DNA of 44,240 nucleotides from Chthonomonadales bacterium (GCA_049967475.1 JBMFSQ010000029.1:1-44240), one strand, 5' to 3'; counted from the stretch's first letter, positions 19,263 to 29,618 are shown. Program-made: numbers and translations. The notes: generated by a model not told the origin, from the letters alone.

Positions 19263-19904
19263 CTACTTCTTTAGGGCCACCATGAGGCCGTCCCGAATGG
19301 GCACCAACGTGGTGATCCAATCGTCGCTGGTGGTGAGCAGGCGCGTCAGCTCGCGGATCGCTTCGGTGGCGGTCCCATGATCCTCCGCATCCAGAATGGC
19401 TCCGTGCCAAAGCATGTTGTCCACGATGAGCACACCACCAGGGCGCAGCTTCTCTTGGATCACAGGCAGCGATGCCGGATATCCCTGCTTCTCGATATCG
19501 TTGAAGATGATGTCGAAGGGCCCCGGTGTGTCCCGCAAGGCTTGCACCGCTTCTCCCACGCGGTACTGGATGAGATCGCCATACCCCAAAGCGCCCAGAT
19601 GCTCCTGCGCTTTGCGTGAGAGGTCCTCATGCCACACCACATGGTGCACCACGCCGCCGCCATTCTCCAGAACGCCTCGGGCAAACCATGCGGTGGAATA
19701 CCCGTAGCCGGAACCTAACTCGAAAACCTTCCGGGCGCCGAGCATCCGCGTGATCTGATAACAGAAGTACCCGCAGGCAGGACCCACGATGGGGAAGTCC
19801 ACTTCCCGCGCGTAGGCTTCCATCTTCTGTAACTCTTCATTGCGCGGCGGCACCAACCCATCCAGATATCGGCCCAGCGCCCCTCCAATCAATTCGCCTG
19901 CCAT
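19263..19904 (-). CDS. SAM-dependent O-methyltransferase (family 3)
   Basis: 'FELGSGYGYS', 'FDIIFND.EK..Y' and 'LRPGGVLIVDN.LW.G'. SD GGAGGA. Confidence 0.88.
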   Translation of the reverse strand: MAGELIGGALGRYLDGLVPPRNEELQKMEAYAREVDFPIVGPACGYFCYQITRMLGARKVFELGSGYGYSTAWFARGVLENGGGVVHHVVWHEDLSRKAQEHLGALGYGDLIQYRVGEAVQALRDTPGPFDIIFNDIEKQGYPASLPVIQEKLRPGGVLIVDNMLWHGAILDAEDHGTATEAIRELTRLLTTSDDWITTLVPIRDGLMVALKK

Positions 19905-19990
19905 CGCTCCTCCATTCCAGCATCCCGTAGTGCAAGGCCGCTCCGGGTGCATTGTGTGCTCCCCATAGTACCCGCAAGCGTTCCGGGATG

Positions 19991-20875
19991 CTACGGAAGG
20001 GCCAAATCCGCATGTTTGCGACGCCGGGCTGCCGCATCCTTGAGGTGATGCAACAGCTCCGCGGGGGCCGGGAGATCTCCTTCCACGTGGCCCAAGAGGA
20101 TACCGGGCTTGGTGGCGCCGTGAAAGTCCGAGCCGCCCGTCACAAGCAGGTTGAGCGCGCCGGCGATCTGTAATAGGCGGGAAATTTGGCGTGCGTCGTA
20201 ACGGCTGTAGTAGCACTCCAATCCGTCCAGCCCCAGGGTCTTGAGTTCCTGTAGGCAGCGAAGAAGGTCCGCTTCATCCAGCCCGAGGCTGTCGGGATGA
20301 GCCACCACTGCGAGACCCCCGGCGGCATGGATGAGTTGCACCGCTTCCGGGGGATGGATCTTGTCCTTGGGTACGTGCGCCGGCCTTCCGTCGGCCAGGA
20401 AGCGGTCGAAGGCGTCGCCGATGCTGGAAGCCGCACCCTTGCGCACAAGGAGGGAAGCCATGTGGGGACGGCCTATTTGCCCGCCTCCTGCCTCGTGCAG
20501 CAACTCTTCCAGGGTGATCGGCAGGCCCAACCGCTGCATCCGCTCCACCATCTGCCGGTTGCGTTTGCGGCGGTTTTCCTTCAGCCGGATGAGGCGGTCG
20601 TTCAGGATGGCCGAGCCGATCTCTATAAAGTATCCCAGCAGGTGGAGGCGCCCATGCGGATATGCGACGGACAGCTCCACACCCGGAACCAACTCGATGC
20701 CGGCCGCTCGGGCAGCCGCTTCCGCTTCGGGGAGGCCGTCAAGGGTGTCGTGATCGGTGATGCCGATCGCCGTGAGCCCGCACCGAGAAGCCAGGGCAAC
20801 GAGCTCCCGCGGCGAAAGAGACCCGTCCGATGCCGTCGTATGGGTATGGAGATCTATCGTTCGACCGGCTAGCAT
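19991..20875 (-). CDS. PHP-domain metallophosphoesterase (TrpH/YciV-like; candidate 3',5'-nucleoside bisphosphate phosphatase)
   Basis: '[11 protein letters not shown]', 'ITDHD', 'GVELS', 'HLLGY', 'GRPH' and 'TGGSDFHG'. Overlaps the cysC stop. Confidence 0.88.
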   Translation of the reverse strand: MLAGRTIDLHTHTTASDGSLSPRELVALASRCGLTAIGITDHDTLDGLPEAEAAARAAGIELVPGVELSVAYPHGRLHLLGYFIEIGSAILNDRLIRLKENRRKRNRQMVERMQRLGLPITLEELLHEAGGGQIGRPHMASLLVRKGAASSIGDAFDRFLADGRPAHVPKDKIHPPEAVQLIHAAGGLAVVAHPDSLGLDEADLLRCLQELKTLGLDGLECYYSRYDARQISRLLQIAGALNLLVTGGSDFHGATKPGILLGHVEGDLPAPAELLHHLKDAAARRRKHADLALP

Positions 20876-21411
20876 CCGATGAGCCCCTGCTCCGTAAGGT
20901 AACGGAGGATGCGCTCCACGGACTCCTCTACCGTCTCACAGTCGGTGTGGACCTCTATTTCAGGATTGAGAGGAGCCTCGTAGGGATCCGACACTCCCGT
21001 GAAGTGCGGGATCTCTCCTGCGAGAGCCCTGCGATAGAGCCCCTTTACATCCCGTGCGATCAAGGCTTCCAGTGAAGCATTGGCATAGACCTCTATGAAG
21101 GGCACGCCGTCTGCTTCGGTGGCGGTGCGGTTCTCATGTCGAATTGCGCGGTAGGGCGAAATCGCAGCGGTGATGGCAATGACACCGTTGCGGGCGAGGA
21201 GCCGCGCAACGTATCCGATGCGGCGTATGTTCGTGTCCCGGTCTTCCTTTGAGAAGCCGAGCCCCTTGGAGAGGTTCGTGCGAACCTCGTCGCCGTCGAG
21301 CAGCTCCACGCGATAACCCCTGCGCCGGAATTCATCGGCAAGGCGCGTAGAGAGCGTGGACTTCCCTGCGCCGGAGAGACCAGTGAACCAAAGGACGAAC
21401 CCTCGATGCAT
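20869..21411 (-). CDS. cysC: Adenylyl-sulfate kinase
   Basis: '[12 protein letters not shown]', 'LDGDEVR', 'GFSKEDR..NI.RIG', 'RDVKGLY' and '[11 protein letters not shown]'. Confidence 0.96.
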   Translation of the reverse strand: MHRGFVLWFTGLSGAGKSTLSTRLADEFRRRGYRVELLDGDEVRTNLSKGLGFSKEDRDTNIRRIGYVARLLARNGVIAITAAISPYRAIRHENRTATEADGVPFIEVYANASLEALIARDVKGLYRRALAGEIPHFTGVSDPYEAPLNPEIEVHTDCETVEESVERILRYLTEQGLIGC

Positions 21412-21452
21412 CCCTTTCCCTCATTCCCGGAAGTTTGTGTGTCCCCTGCCCC

Positions 21453-21503
21453 TTGACAGAAGACGGAGTATTGTTGCATAATCTGATCTATCAAGTCAAG
21501 TTT
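21453..21503 (+). promoter_or_regulatory. cysH promoter (TTGACA-N18-CATAAT) overlapped by an Rrf2 (IscR/CymR)-like operator
   Basis: TTGACA 21453-58 and CATAAT 21477-82. AT-rich imperfect palindrome TAATCTGATCTATCAAGTCAAGTTT at 21479-21503. Confidence 0.55.
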
Positions 21504-21518
21504 CGCTTGGAGGCTCCC

Positions 21519-22214
21519 ATGCAAGCCCCTGCACATCCGGACCTGACCACTCTGCAAGACACATTGCAGCACCGTGATCCACGCGACATCCTGGCCTGGG
21601 CCGTGGATACCTACCATCCTCGCCTCGTCATGGCCACGGCCTTCGGCCCTGAAGGGTGCTGCATCATCGCCATGCTCGCCCAGATCCGGCCTGCAGTCCG
21701 CATCATCAACCTGGACACAGGATACCAGTTTCCCGAAACTCTGGAGCTTCGAGAGCGCCTCATGGACCGCTACGGCGTCTTCATCGAGCGAGTGCAGCCC
21801 GAAGAGAGCGTGGAACAGATGGAAGCCCGCTTCGGAGGGCCCATTCACCACGTGCGCCCCGAGGAGTGCTGCCGCCTGCGCAAAGTGGAGCCTCTGCGCC
21901 GCGCCCTAACAGGAATGGACGCGTGGATTACGGGCATCCGCAAAGATCAAACGCCCGATCGAGCGCGTTCCTGCGTGGTGGAATGGGATGCAAAGTTCCA
22001 GATCGTCAAAGTGAACCCGCTCCTTCATTGGACGAAAGCCGACGTTTGGCGCTTCATCCGAGACCACGAAGTCCCCTACAACCCCCTCCACGACCGTGGG
22101 TATCCTTCCATCGGATGCATGCCCTGCACCCGGCCCGTTGCTGCCGGCCAACATGAGCGCGCCGGCAGATGGGCCGGCTTCGCCAGACTGGAGTGCGGCC
22201 TTCACACGCGATGA
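21519..22214 (+). CDS. cysH: APS/PAPS reductase, [4Fe-4S] type
   Basis: 'LDTGYQFPET', 'ECCRLRKVEPL', 'GYPSIGCMPCT' and 'ERAGRW...ECGLH'. SD GGAGG. Confidence 0.94.
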   Translation: MQAPAHPDLTTLQDTLQHRDPRDILAWAVDTYHPRLVMATAFGPEGCCIIAMLAQIRPAVRIINLDTGYQFPETLELRERLMDRYGVFIERVQPEESVEQMEARFGGPIHHVRPEECCRLRKVEPLRRALTGMDAWITGIRKDQTPDRARSCVVEWDAKFQIVKVNPLLHWTKADVWRFIRDHEVPYNPLHDRGYPSIGCMPCTRPVAAGQHERAGRWAGFARLECGLHTR

Positions 22215-22248
22215 ACCGATTGGGCCGCCGATCCGGTAGGCCGCGCAG

Positions 22249-25200
22249 TTATCCGGCAGGCTGCTCCGGTGCTTCAGCAGGAAGTGTGGTGCTTTCCCCG
22301 TCAGGTGCCGGTCCCCGGGCAATGGCTTCCACCGTGGGTTCTACCATAACGGGCGGCGCCAGATCGCGGCGGTCCCGGTGTAGCCAGCGCGCAAGGTCGT
22401 CGAAGAGGGTGTAAACCGTAGGGACTACAAAGAGTGTGAGCATGGTCGAGGTGAGTAGTCCGCCGATTACTGCGGTGGCCATGGGCGCCTGCGTCTCGCT
22501 CCCTTTGCCGATGCCTATAGCCAGGGGCAGCATCCCCAGCACCGCTGCGCTGGTCGTCATGAGGATTGGGCGAAGGCGCGTGGGGCCGGCCGTGAGCACG
22601 GCTTCATCTCTGGGAATGCCCCGGCCGCGAAGCACGTTCGTGTAATCCACCAACAGGATGCCGTTTTTTACCACGATGCCCACCAGCATCAGAAGACCGA
22701 TGAAGGCTGTGAGCCCAAACGCTCGGCCGGTGAGGAAGAGAGCCAAGATTACGCCGACGGCCGAGAGGGGCACCGAAAAAAGCACCGTAAGCGGATGCAC
22801 GAAGGATTCGAACTGGGACGCAAGAAGCATGTAGATGAGCCCAATTGCAAGGAATATGGCAAGCACCATGCCCGAGAACTCTTCGGCCCGCCTCTTTTGG
22901 TTCGTGCCCCAGTCCCAATAGGTTCCCGATGGGAAGTGCATACTTGCCAGAGCCTTCTGGATGTCTGCCTGGATCTCGCCCGTGGAGCGTCCCTGTGGCT
23001 GCCCCGTCACTGCGATGTAGCGCCTTCGATCCAAGCGAGTGATCTCACTGGGTCCTGTACCGTACCGATACGATGCAACCTGGCTCAGAAGCACATCCGT
23101 GGAGGCGAATCCCGTATTGCCGGCCGGCCGGATTACCAGGTTTTCGAGTTGAGGCACCGTTTTGCGCTGGGCTTCCGGCAGGTCTACGATGATGGGATAC
23201 TGAAATCCACCCTCCTGATAGTAACTGGCGATCGTGCCATTAGTAGCCGTATTGATGGTATTGGCGATATCCGAGAAGCTCAGTCCCAATTGCAAGGCCT
23301 TCTGCCGATCTACCTGCCATTGGACTTCAGGGGTCGCTTGCTGCCAGTTCACGTCCACATTCTCGAAGCCGGGAATTCCCCGCACACGGTCCATTACCTG
23401 ACGGGCGAGGTTGGAAAGAGTGGCCAAATCGCTGCCGAAAATGTCTATCTCCACATTCTGGGGTCCGCCCGTCATGAGCATGGACACGATGTCGAATTGA
23501 TTGGGCATGGATCGGGCACCCGGCAAACGTGCGAGCTCTTTGCGAAGGTCGTTCATCACCTGGAGCGTGCTCTCTTTGCGGGCGTCTTTCAGCTTTACTG
23601 TGACGGAGCCTTGATAGGGTGTTAGGGATGTAGTAGTTCCCCGGAGGCTGAGAGTGGTTCCCGATGCGGAGAAGGCCGTCTGCACATTGGGATTGGCAAG
23701 AATAATGCGCTCCACTTGCTGCATCGTACGGTTCGTCGTAGCCAGGGATGTACCCACGGGCATCTTGACGGTCACGGTAAAGTCGCCGCTGTCTGTTTGG
23801 GGCATCAGCTCGGTCCCGATCTGGGATACGAGGAGCAGGCTTGCCCCCGACACCGCCGCCGCCCCTGCAATAATCCACAGGCGATGATGGATAGCCCAGT
23901 TGAGCCCTCGCCGATAGGAAGCATCCAAGGCGTCGAACCATTGGCCGAAGCGATAAAACATACGCTGGCCGAGCGTACGGCGATGGCCCTGCAGGTTCTC
24001 CATGTGGGCCTCGCCGCTTATGATGCGTGAGGCGAGCATGGGCGTGACGGTGGTAGCATCCAGCAGAGACACGGCGATGGAGAAGATCACCACCAAGGCA
24101 AATTGGGTGAACATTTGCCCCGCCTGTCCCTTGATCAACAAGAGGGGTAGGAAGACCACCATAATCGTGAGCGTAGAGGCGAGGACGGCGTTCACAATCT
24201 CATTGGTAGCGCTCACCGCAGCATCGGCAGGCCGCTTTTTGTCTCTCTCGATGTGCCGGAAGATGTTCTCGAGCACTACGACGGCGTCATCCACGATAAG
24301 GCCGGTCGCCAGGGCTAGGCCGCCGAGGGACATCGTGTTGAGGGTGAAGCCGGCTACGTAGAGCAGCGCGAAGGTGGAGATGATGGAGATCGGGATGGAT
24401 AGAGCTACCACCAAGGTGCTCCGGATATTGCGCAGGAAGAAGAGCAGGATGAGCACCGCCAGCACTCCGCCGATGAGAGCGCTGGTTTCTACATCGTTGA
24501 TGGAGGCCTGGATGAATTGGGCCTGGTCATAGGCCAGGTTGAACTTGAGGTTCGGATAGAGGCGCTGAACGTACCGGATCTTCGCCATTACGGCGTCGGC
24601 TGTGCTCACGGTATTGGCCTCGCTCTGCTTCACCACGATGAGGCCCACAGCCGGTTTGCCGTTGAGGCGGGTGTAAAGGCGCGTCTCCGGGTGGCTGTCC
24701 CGCACCCTGGCCACCATACCCAGGCTGATGAGCTGGCCGTTATAGGACCCCACGGGGATGCGGGCAATCTCCTGGGGGCTCGTGAACCATCCCAGGCTTC
24801 GGATCGTGTACTCCGTATTCCCTTGCTTGGCGATACCCGCAGGCAGATTGAGGTTCTCCTGCGCGATGCGCCGGGTAACATCCTGTAGAGATAGGTGGTA
24901 TGCCCGAAGCCGGTCCGGGTCTACATCTACCATGATGGCCCTCTGCTGGCCGCCCGTGACTACAGCCGACGCAACGCCATCCGCCGACTCGATGATCGGT
25001 GACACCTCGTTATCCAGAAGGGTGCGCAGTTTGATGGGATCCGGCTCACCGCTTACGCCGAAGATCAGGATCGGCAGTTGAGAGGGATCGTATTTGAAGA
25101 CGATGGGTGTCTGCAGCGTAGGATCTGTTGGAAAGCTCTGCCTCGCCCTCTCTACGAGCTGAAGCACGTCTACGGCGCCCTGGCCGATGTCGTAACCCCA

Positions 25201-25488
25201 CTGGAACTGCACCCGCACTACTGAGCTGCCCTCGGTGGTACTGGAGCTCACCTGATAGAGGCCGGGAACCGACGACACGGCCTCTTCGATGGGTCGCGTG
25301 ACCTGCGTCTCGATTTCTTCAGGGGCCACATTCGGCCAGTTGGTCACTACTGCTACGGTAGGCAGAGACACCTTGGGGAGCAAGTCAATGGGAAGGCGCG
25401 TGACGCAGATCGCGCCCAGCAGCACCAGAGCGGCGATGCGCATCGTAACGGCGACTGGGCGGGTAACAGCGAACCGTGCGAAATTCAT
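22249..25488 (-). CDS. RND efflux permease (AcrB/AcrD/AcrF family)
   Basis: 1079 aa. Motifs 'GLIVDDAVVVLENI', 'VVKNGILLVD' and 'RLRPILMTT'. Confidence 0.95.
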   Translation of the reverse strand: MNFARFAVTRPVAVTMRIAALVLLGAICVTRLPIDLLPKVSLPTVAVVTNWPNVAPEEIETQVTRPIEEAVSSVPGLYQVSSSTTEGSSVVRVQFQWGYDIGQGAVDVLQLVERARQSFPTDPTLQTPIVFKYDPSQLPILIFGVSGEPDPIKLRTLLDNEVSPIIESADGVASAVVTGGQQRAIMVDVDPDRLRAYHLSLQDVTRRIAQENLNLPAGIAKQGNTEYTIRSLGWFTSPQEIARIPVGSYNGQLISLGMVARVRDSHPETRLYTRLNGKPAVGLIVVKQSEANTVSTADAVMAKIRYVQRLYPNLKFNLAYDQAQFIQASINDVETSALIGGVLAVLILLFFLRNIRSTLVVALSIPISIISTFALLYVAGFTLNTMSLGGLALATGLIVDDAVVVLENIFRHIERDKKRPADAAVSATNEIVNAVLASTLTIMVVFLPLLLIKGQAGQMFTQFALVVIFSIAVSLLDATTVTPMLASRIISGEAHMENLQGHRRTLGQRMFYRFGQWFDALDASYRRGLNWAIHHRLWIIAGAAAVSGASLLLVSQIGTELMPQTDSGDFTVTVKMPVGTSLATTNRTMQQVERIILANPNVQTAFSASGTTLSLRGTTTSLTPYQGSVTVKLKDARKESTLQVMNDLRKELARLPGARSMPNQFDIVSMLMTGGPQNVEIDIFGSDLATLSNLARQVMDRVRGIPGFENVDVNWQQATPEVQWQVDRQKALQLGLSFSDIANTINTATNGTIASYYQEGGFQYPIIVDLPEAQRKTVPQLENLVIRPAGNTGFASTDVLLSQVASYRYGTGPSEITRLDRRRYIAVTGQPQGRSTGEIQADIQKALASMHFPSGTYWDWGTNQKRRAEEFSGMVLAIFLAIGLIYMLLASQFESFVHPLTVLFSVPLSAVGVILALFLTGRAFGLTAFIGLLMLVGIVVKNGILLVDYTNVLRGRGIPRDEAVLTAGPTRLRPILMTTSAAVLGMLPLAIGIGKGSETQAPMATAVIGGLLTSTMLTLFVVPTVYTLFDDLARWLHRDRRDLAPPVMVEPTVEAIARGPAPDGESTTLPAEAPEQPAG

Positions 25489-25494
25489 CCTTTA

Positions 25495-27135
25495 TTACCT
25501 CGAAGGATCCAGGGAGAAGCCCTTCGCTGGCATGGCGGCCCGGCGGTCTGGGCGCATGGCGCCTTGAACCGGTGCAGGGCGGACCGCCTGGCCGTCCCGG
25601 ATGGGGTTGGCGCTCAGGGTGATGACGCGGTCGCCGGGCTGGAGACCTTCTTCGATGGCGATATCTACCGGATCTTGCACGCCTGTGCGCACTGCCACTT
25701 GGCGGGCGATATTCCCGGCGCCGATTACCATCACATAGGGTCCCTGGGGCGTCGTGTGCACAGCCTCGCGGGGTACGGCAAGGGAGCGCACCCGCTGCGT
25801 GGTCATCGTAACGCGGGCGAACATGCCGGGCTTGAGCAGGTTCTGAGGGTTCGCAAGGGTCACGCGGACCATGAATTGCCGGCTCGTGGGGTCCGCAGCA
25901 GCGTTGATCTGCGTCACGCGGCCCACAAACACGCGCCCGGGGATTGCGTCGAGCCTCACTTTGGCGGGCTGGCCCAAATGGATCCTTCGGCTGACCTCCT
26001 CCGGTACCGGCACCGACACCCACACCTCGCGCATGGATTGTACAGCCAGCACGGGCTGCCCCGGCGCGGCCATCCCTCCGGGATCCATATATCTACCGGT
26101 AACGAAGCCGTCCAACGGGCACAGGAGCACGGTGTTGGCGAGTTGCGCTTGGGCATTGCGCAGCATTCCCTCCGCAGCGGTAACGGAAGCTTTGAGGGCG
26201 GCAAGGTTAGCTCGATAGGCCGGCTTTTGTACCAAGTTGGACTTTGCATAGTCAACGGCTGCCTGTGCCTGGGCTACTTTGGCGCGGGCATCTTCTACGG
26301 CGGCTTTACCCGTGGTTCTTACGATGTCTGCCTGGTGCTGGGCCGATGCGAGTTGGGCTCGCGCGGAACTTAATTGGGCGTTGGCGGCGTTGAGTTGGCC
26401 CCGGGCCACATCCAGCGCAGCCTGTTGTACGCTAACGGCTGTGTTGGCATCGTCGGCATCCTGTTGAGACACGAAACCGCGCTTGTAGAGATTGTTCATC
26501 CGGTTGAACCTGGCCATCGCGTTATTGAGATTGGCCTGAGCGCTTCGGATGCCGGCCTGAGCGCTGGCCACAGCCGCCACGGCAACATTCACCTTGCCCT
26601 GCGCATCGGTAACGGCAGCTTCTGCAGCGGCTACTTGCGACACGTAATTCTGCTGTGCTTGGTTTAGATCGGCCTGGGCGCTGTGAAGAGCTGCTTCTTG
26701 TTGGCGTACCTGTGTGGCAACGGACACGTCGTTGGGGTTCTCGGTGAGGCGGGCCTGGGCAAGGCGCTGCATGGCTTCCGCCAGAGCAGCCTGCTGCTGC
26801 ACAACCTGCCCTTGGATCTCCGAAGGATCCAGGCGGACGAGGACTTCTCCCCGGCGCACCGGGTCCCCTTCATGCACTTGCAGAAACGTGATGCGGCCGT
26901 AGATCTTTGGCGCAACTTTCACGTCGTGGGGCGCCTCCACGCTCCCAACGCCCTCGAAGGACTGAACGATATCGCGAACCGATGCCGGCGCCGCCTGCAC
27001 CACAGCCGGCGCTTTCATCCGCATCTGCCGCATCGCCGCTTGCTCCGCTGCCGCCGCCCGGTTCTTCTGCAGCCGCCACCCGATGAGGGTAGCCAATCCG
27101 AACAGGGCAGTCCCCAGAAGCAGGTACCGTTTCAT
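25495..27135 (-). CDS. RND periplasmic adaptor (MFP) with a very long Ala/Gln coiled coil
   Basis: Lipoyl halves 'VHEGDPVRRGEVLVRLD' and 'PLDGFV', plus 'LKPGMFARV'. SD GAGGTG before ATG 27135. Confidence 0.9.
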   Translation of the reverse strand: MKRYLLLGTALFGLATLIGWRLQKNRAAAAEQAAMRQMRMKAPAVVQAAPASVRDIVQSFEGVGSVEAPHDVKVAPKIYGRITFLQVHEGDPVRRGEVLVRLDPSEIQGQVVQQQAALAEAMQRLAQARLTENPNDVSVATQVRQQEAALHSAQADLNQAQQNYVSQVAAAEAAVTDAQGKVNVAVAAVASAQAGIRSAQANLNNAMARFNRMNNLYKRGFVSQQDADDANTAVSVQQAALDVARGQLNAANAQLSSARAQLASAQHQADIVRTTGKAAVEDARAKVAQAQAAVDYAKSNLVQKPAYRANLAALKASVTAAEGMLRNAQAQLANTVLLCPLDGFVTGRYMDPGGMAAPGQPVLAVQSMREVWVSVPVPEEVSRRIHLGQPAKVRLDAIPGRVFVGRVTQINAAADPTSRQFMVRVTLANPQNLLKPGMFARVTMTTQRVRSLAVPREAVHTTPQGPYVMVIGAGNIARQVAVRTGVQDPVDIAIEEGLQPGDRVITLSANPIRDGQAVRPAPVQGAMRPDRRAAMPAKGFSLDPSR

Positions 27136-27449
27136 CAATGAACCACCTCGGTGCATTCCCGATTGTCTCCAGAAGTGCGCACCGCCTAATCCCCATGCCG
27201 AATAGTTATGACGCTTTATCGCCTTCCGCGCAACAGTCAGGACCCGTCCGAGCATTTACAGGCGCCTGCACGTTGCCGCTTTTGAACGCAGCCGCCAATC
27301 TTGTAGAATAGAAGCTAGAAACGCGGCTCCCATTCTGCAGTACGGGTGTAAGCACGCAACAGGCACGCGACGACGGCCAATGCGCCTTGGGAGAGGGATG
27401 CGCCAGGGTCGCGGTGTTGCCGGCGGTAGGATGCACGGGGAGGAAGTAT

Positions 27450-27641
27450 ATGGGATTGCGGTTCCGCAGGACGCTTTCCATGGGCCCTCTGCGGCTGAAC
27501 CTTTCCAGGCGGGGGGTGGGCGTTACGTCCGGCATGCGCGGCTTGCGCGTGGGGCGCAGCGCCAACGGGCGTTTCTACGTAACGCTTGGACTGCCGGGCA
27601 CGGGTCTCAGTTACACGTGGTGGCTCGGCAAGCGCCGCTAG
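27450..27641 (+). CDS. Small DUF4236-family protein (63 aa)
   Basis: 'MGLRFRR...PLRLNLSRRG.G...G.RG.R....G......LPGTGLSY'. SD GGAGGA. Confidence 0.8.
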   Translation: MGLRFRRTLSMGPLRLNLSRRGVGVTSGMRGLRVGRSANGRFYVTLGLPGTGLSYTWWLGKRR

Positions 27642-27874
27642 GTGGGCGGATGCGCCTTGAATTCTGAGGAGGGCCACTTGCCACGCCGATAGCACAGGGA
27701 TGGCGATTGGCGGCGCCACAGGCTCGGCTGCGGGGTCCCGTCCGCCTGCGCCAAATGCTTTGCGGGAGGGAGAAGCCCCGGTTCTGCCGAATTATGCGCA
27801 GACGCAGCATCCACACCGGCGCAAATCCGCCCGGTGGAACCTGCCCATCCCACCCGCCAGAAAGGGGCGTCCCC

Positions 27875-28906
27875 ATGAATACCCACTTCGAATTCTCTGC
27901 AGGCGTTTGGAACCTCAATACCGGCGCGGATCCCTTCGGGCCGGCCGTGCGCCCCGAGCGCGACTTCGCCGACAAGGCTGCCATACTCAAGCGCCTCGGT
28001 TTCAATTACATCCAGCTCCACGATGATGACGCCGTGCCCATGGATGTGCCGCCAAGCCAAGTGGCTGCCGCTGCCCGCCGCGTAAAAGCCCTGTGCGACG
28101 ATGCCGGCCTGACCGTGGAGTTTATTGCACCGCGCATCTGGGAGGACCCCATCTTCGTAGACGGAGGCATCACGGCAAATAACCCGGCCGCCCGACGCGC
28201 CGCGCTGGACCGCGCCAAGCGCGCCATCGAAATCATGCACGAAGTGGGAACCGACCGCATGGTGCTTTGGCCCGCTCGAGAAGGCACATATATCCGTGAA
28301 GCAAAGGACGCGTGCCGGTCCTTCGATTACTTCCTGGAGTTCCTCAACGCGGTTCTCGCCTTCGATCCCCATGTGCGCATTCTGGGAGAGATGAAGCCCA
28401 ACGAGCCGATGGACCTGATGTATATGCCGTCCACCGGCCACTTCTTGGCCTTGGCGTACCGCACTTCCGATCCCGCCCGCGTCGGCGTCCTCATCGAGGC
28501 GGCCCACAGCATCCTGCTGGGCCTGGATCCTTCCGAGGAGATGGCCTATGCCCTCTGGCACGGCAAGCTCTGGTCCGTCCATTTGAATGACCAGAACGGC
28601 CTCAAGTTTGACCAAGACAAGACCTTCGGCAGTGTGGACCTGCGCCGGGCGTTCAATGTAGTGGATGTGCTTGTGCGCAACGACTACGGCGTCAACGGAG
28701 AAGTAGTGGGCCTGGATGTAAAGGCCATGCGCACTCAGCCCTTTGAAGCCGCCATGAAGCATCTTGCGAACAGCCGCGAAATCTTTCTGCGCCTGGTGGA
28801 GGTGTCCGCGGCGATTGATCGTGCTCTGTGGAGCCGCCTCATAGCCGAGCGCGACTACGAGGAACTCGAGCGCTTTATCGTTGCCAACCTCATGGGCCGT
28901 GTCTAG
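27875..28906 (+). CDS. Xylose isomerase-like protein (class I-like, short form)
   Basis: 'GVW....GADPFG', 'LHDDD', 'W.AREG', 'E.KPNEP', 'E.AH', 'HLNDQ.G.KFDQD..FG' and 'DVKA.R'. Confidence 0.8.
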   Translation: MNTHFEFSAGVWNLNTGADPFGPAVRPERDFADKAAILKRLGFNYIQLHDDDAVPMDVPPSQVAAAARRVKALCDDAGLTVEFIAPRIWEDPIFVDGGITANNPAARRAALDRAKRAIEIMHEVGTDRMVLWPAREGTYIREAKDACRSFDYFLEFLNAVLAFDPHVRILGEMKPNEPMDLMYMPSTGHFLALAYRTSDPARVGVLIEAAHSILLGLDPSEEMAYALWHGKLWSVHLNDQNGLKFDQDKTFGSVDLRRAFNVVDVLVRNDYGVNGEVVGLDVKAMRTQPFEAAMKHLANSREIFLRLVEVSAAIDRALWSRLIAERDYEELERFIVANLMGRV

Positions 28907-28939
28907 AGACGCAGCCCGCTGTTAGGGGACCCGCGCACC

Positions 28940-29569
28940 ATGCACCTCGAAGGCGGTTTCCTCAAAACCGTCATTGCGCTCTTGGTGATTACAGACCCGG
29001 TAGGGGCGATACCGGTGTTTATACTCCTGACCCAAGCCCACACGAACCGAGAACGAAACCGGGCTGCGCGCACTGCCGCCTGCGCCGTGGTCGTAGTACT
29101 GTTGGCCGCAGCCGTGGGGGGTGAGTTCGTGCTGAAGCTCTTTGGTATCAGCCTTCTCAGCTTCCGGGTGGCAGGAGGTCTCCTCTTTGTGGTGATGGCG
29201 CTGGACATGCTCAACGCCCGTCCCAGCCGCAGCCGCCAGACGCCTGAAGAAACGGAAGAGGCGGAACATCGGCCGGATATCGCCGTAGTTCCCTTGGCTA
29301 TCCCCATGCTTGCGGGACCAGGCGCAATCGGGATGATTATCCTGTTTGCCCACGCCGGCCCCTTCTGGCCTCACATTTTGCACGTGGTGGCCGTCATCGC
29401 CATCGTGGGCACCGTCGTGTACACCGCTCTGCGCCTCGCTGCTCCCATCGGAAAGGCCCTGGGCACCACCGGGATGCACATTCTCGTGCGCGTGATGGGG
29501 CTGATTTTGGCCTCCGTGGGAGTAGAGTTTATCGTGGGCGGCCTCAGAAGCATGTGGGCGGGCGGATAG
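28940..29569 (+). CDS. MarC family integral membrane protein
   Basis: 'DPVGAIPVF', 'FGIS..SFRVAGG', 'VPLAIP..AGPGAI' and 'RVMGLIL'. Confidence 0.92.
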   Translation: MHLEGGFLKTVIALLVITDPVGAIPVFILLTQAHTNRERNRAARTAACAVVVVLLAAAVGGEFVLKLFGISLLSFRVAGGLLFVVMALDMLNARPSRSRQTPEETEEAEHRPDIAVVPLAIPMLAGPGAIGMIILFAHAGPFWPHILHVVAVIAIVGTVVYTALRLAAPIGKALGTTGMHILVRVMGLILASVGVEFIVGGLRSMWAGG

Positions 29570-29618
29570 AAACCCTGCGCTCCCAACAATACCTGTCAAG
29601 ATTGTCAAGAAAGGATCG

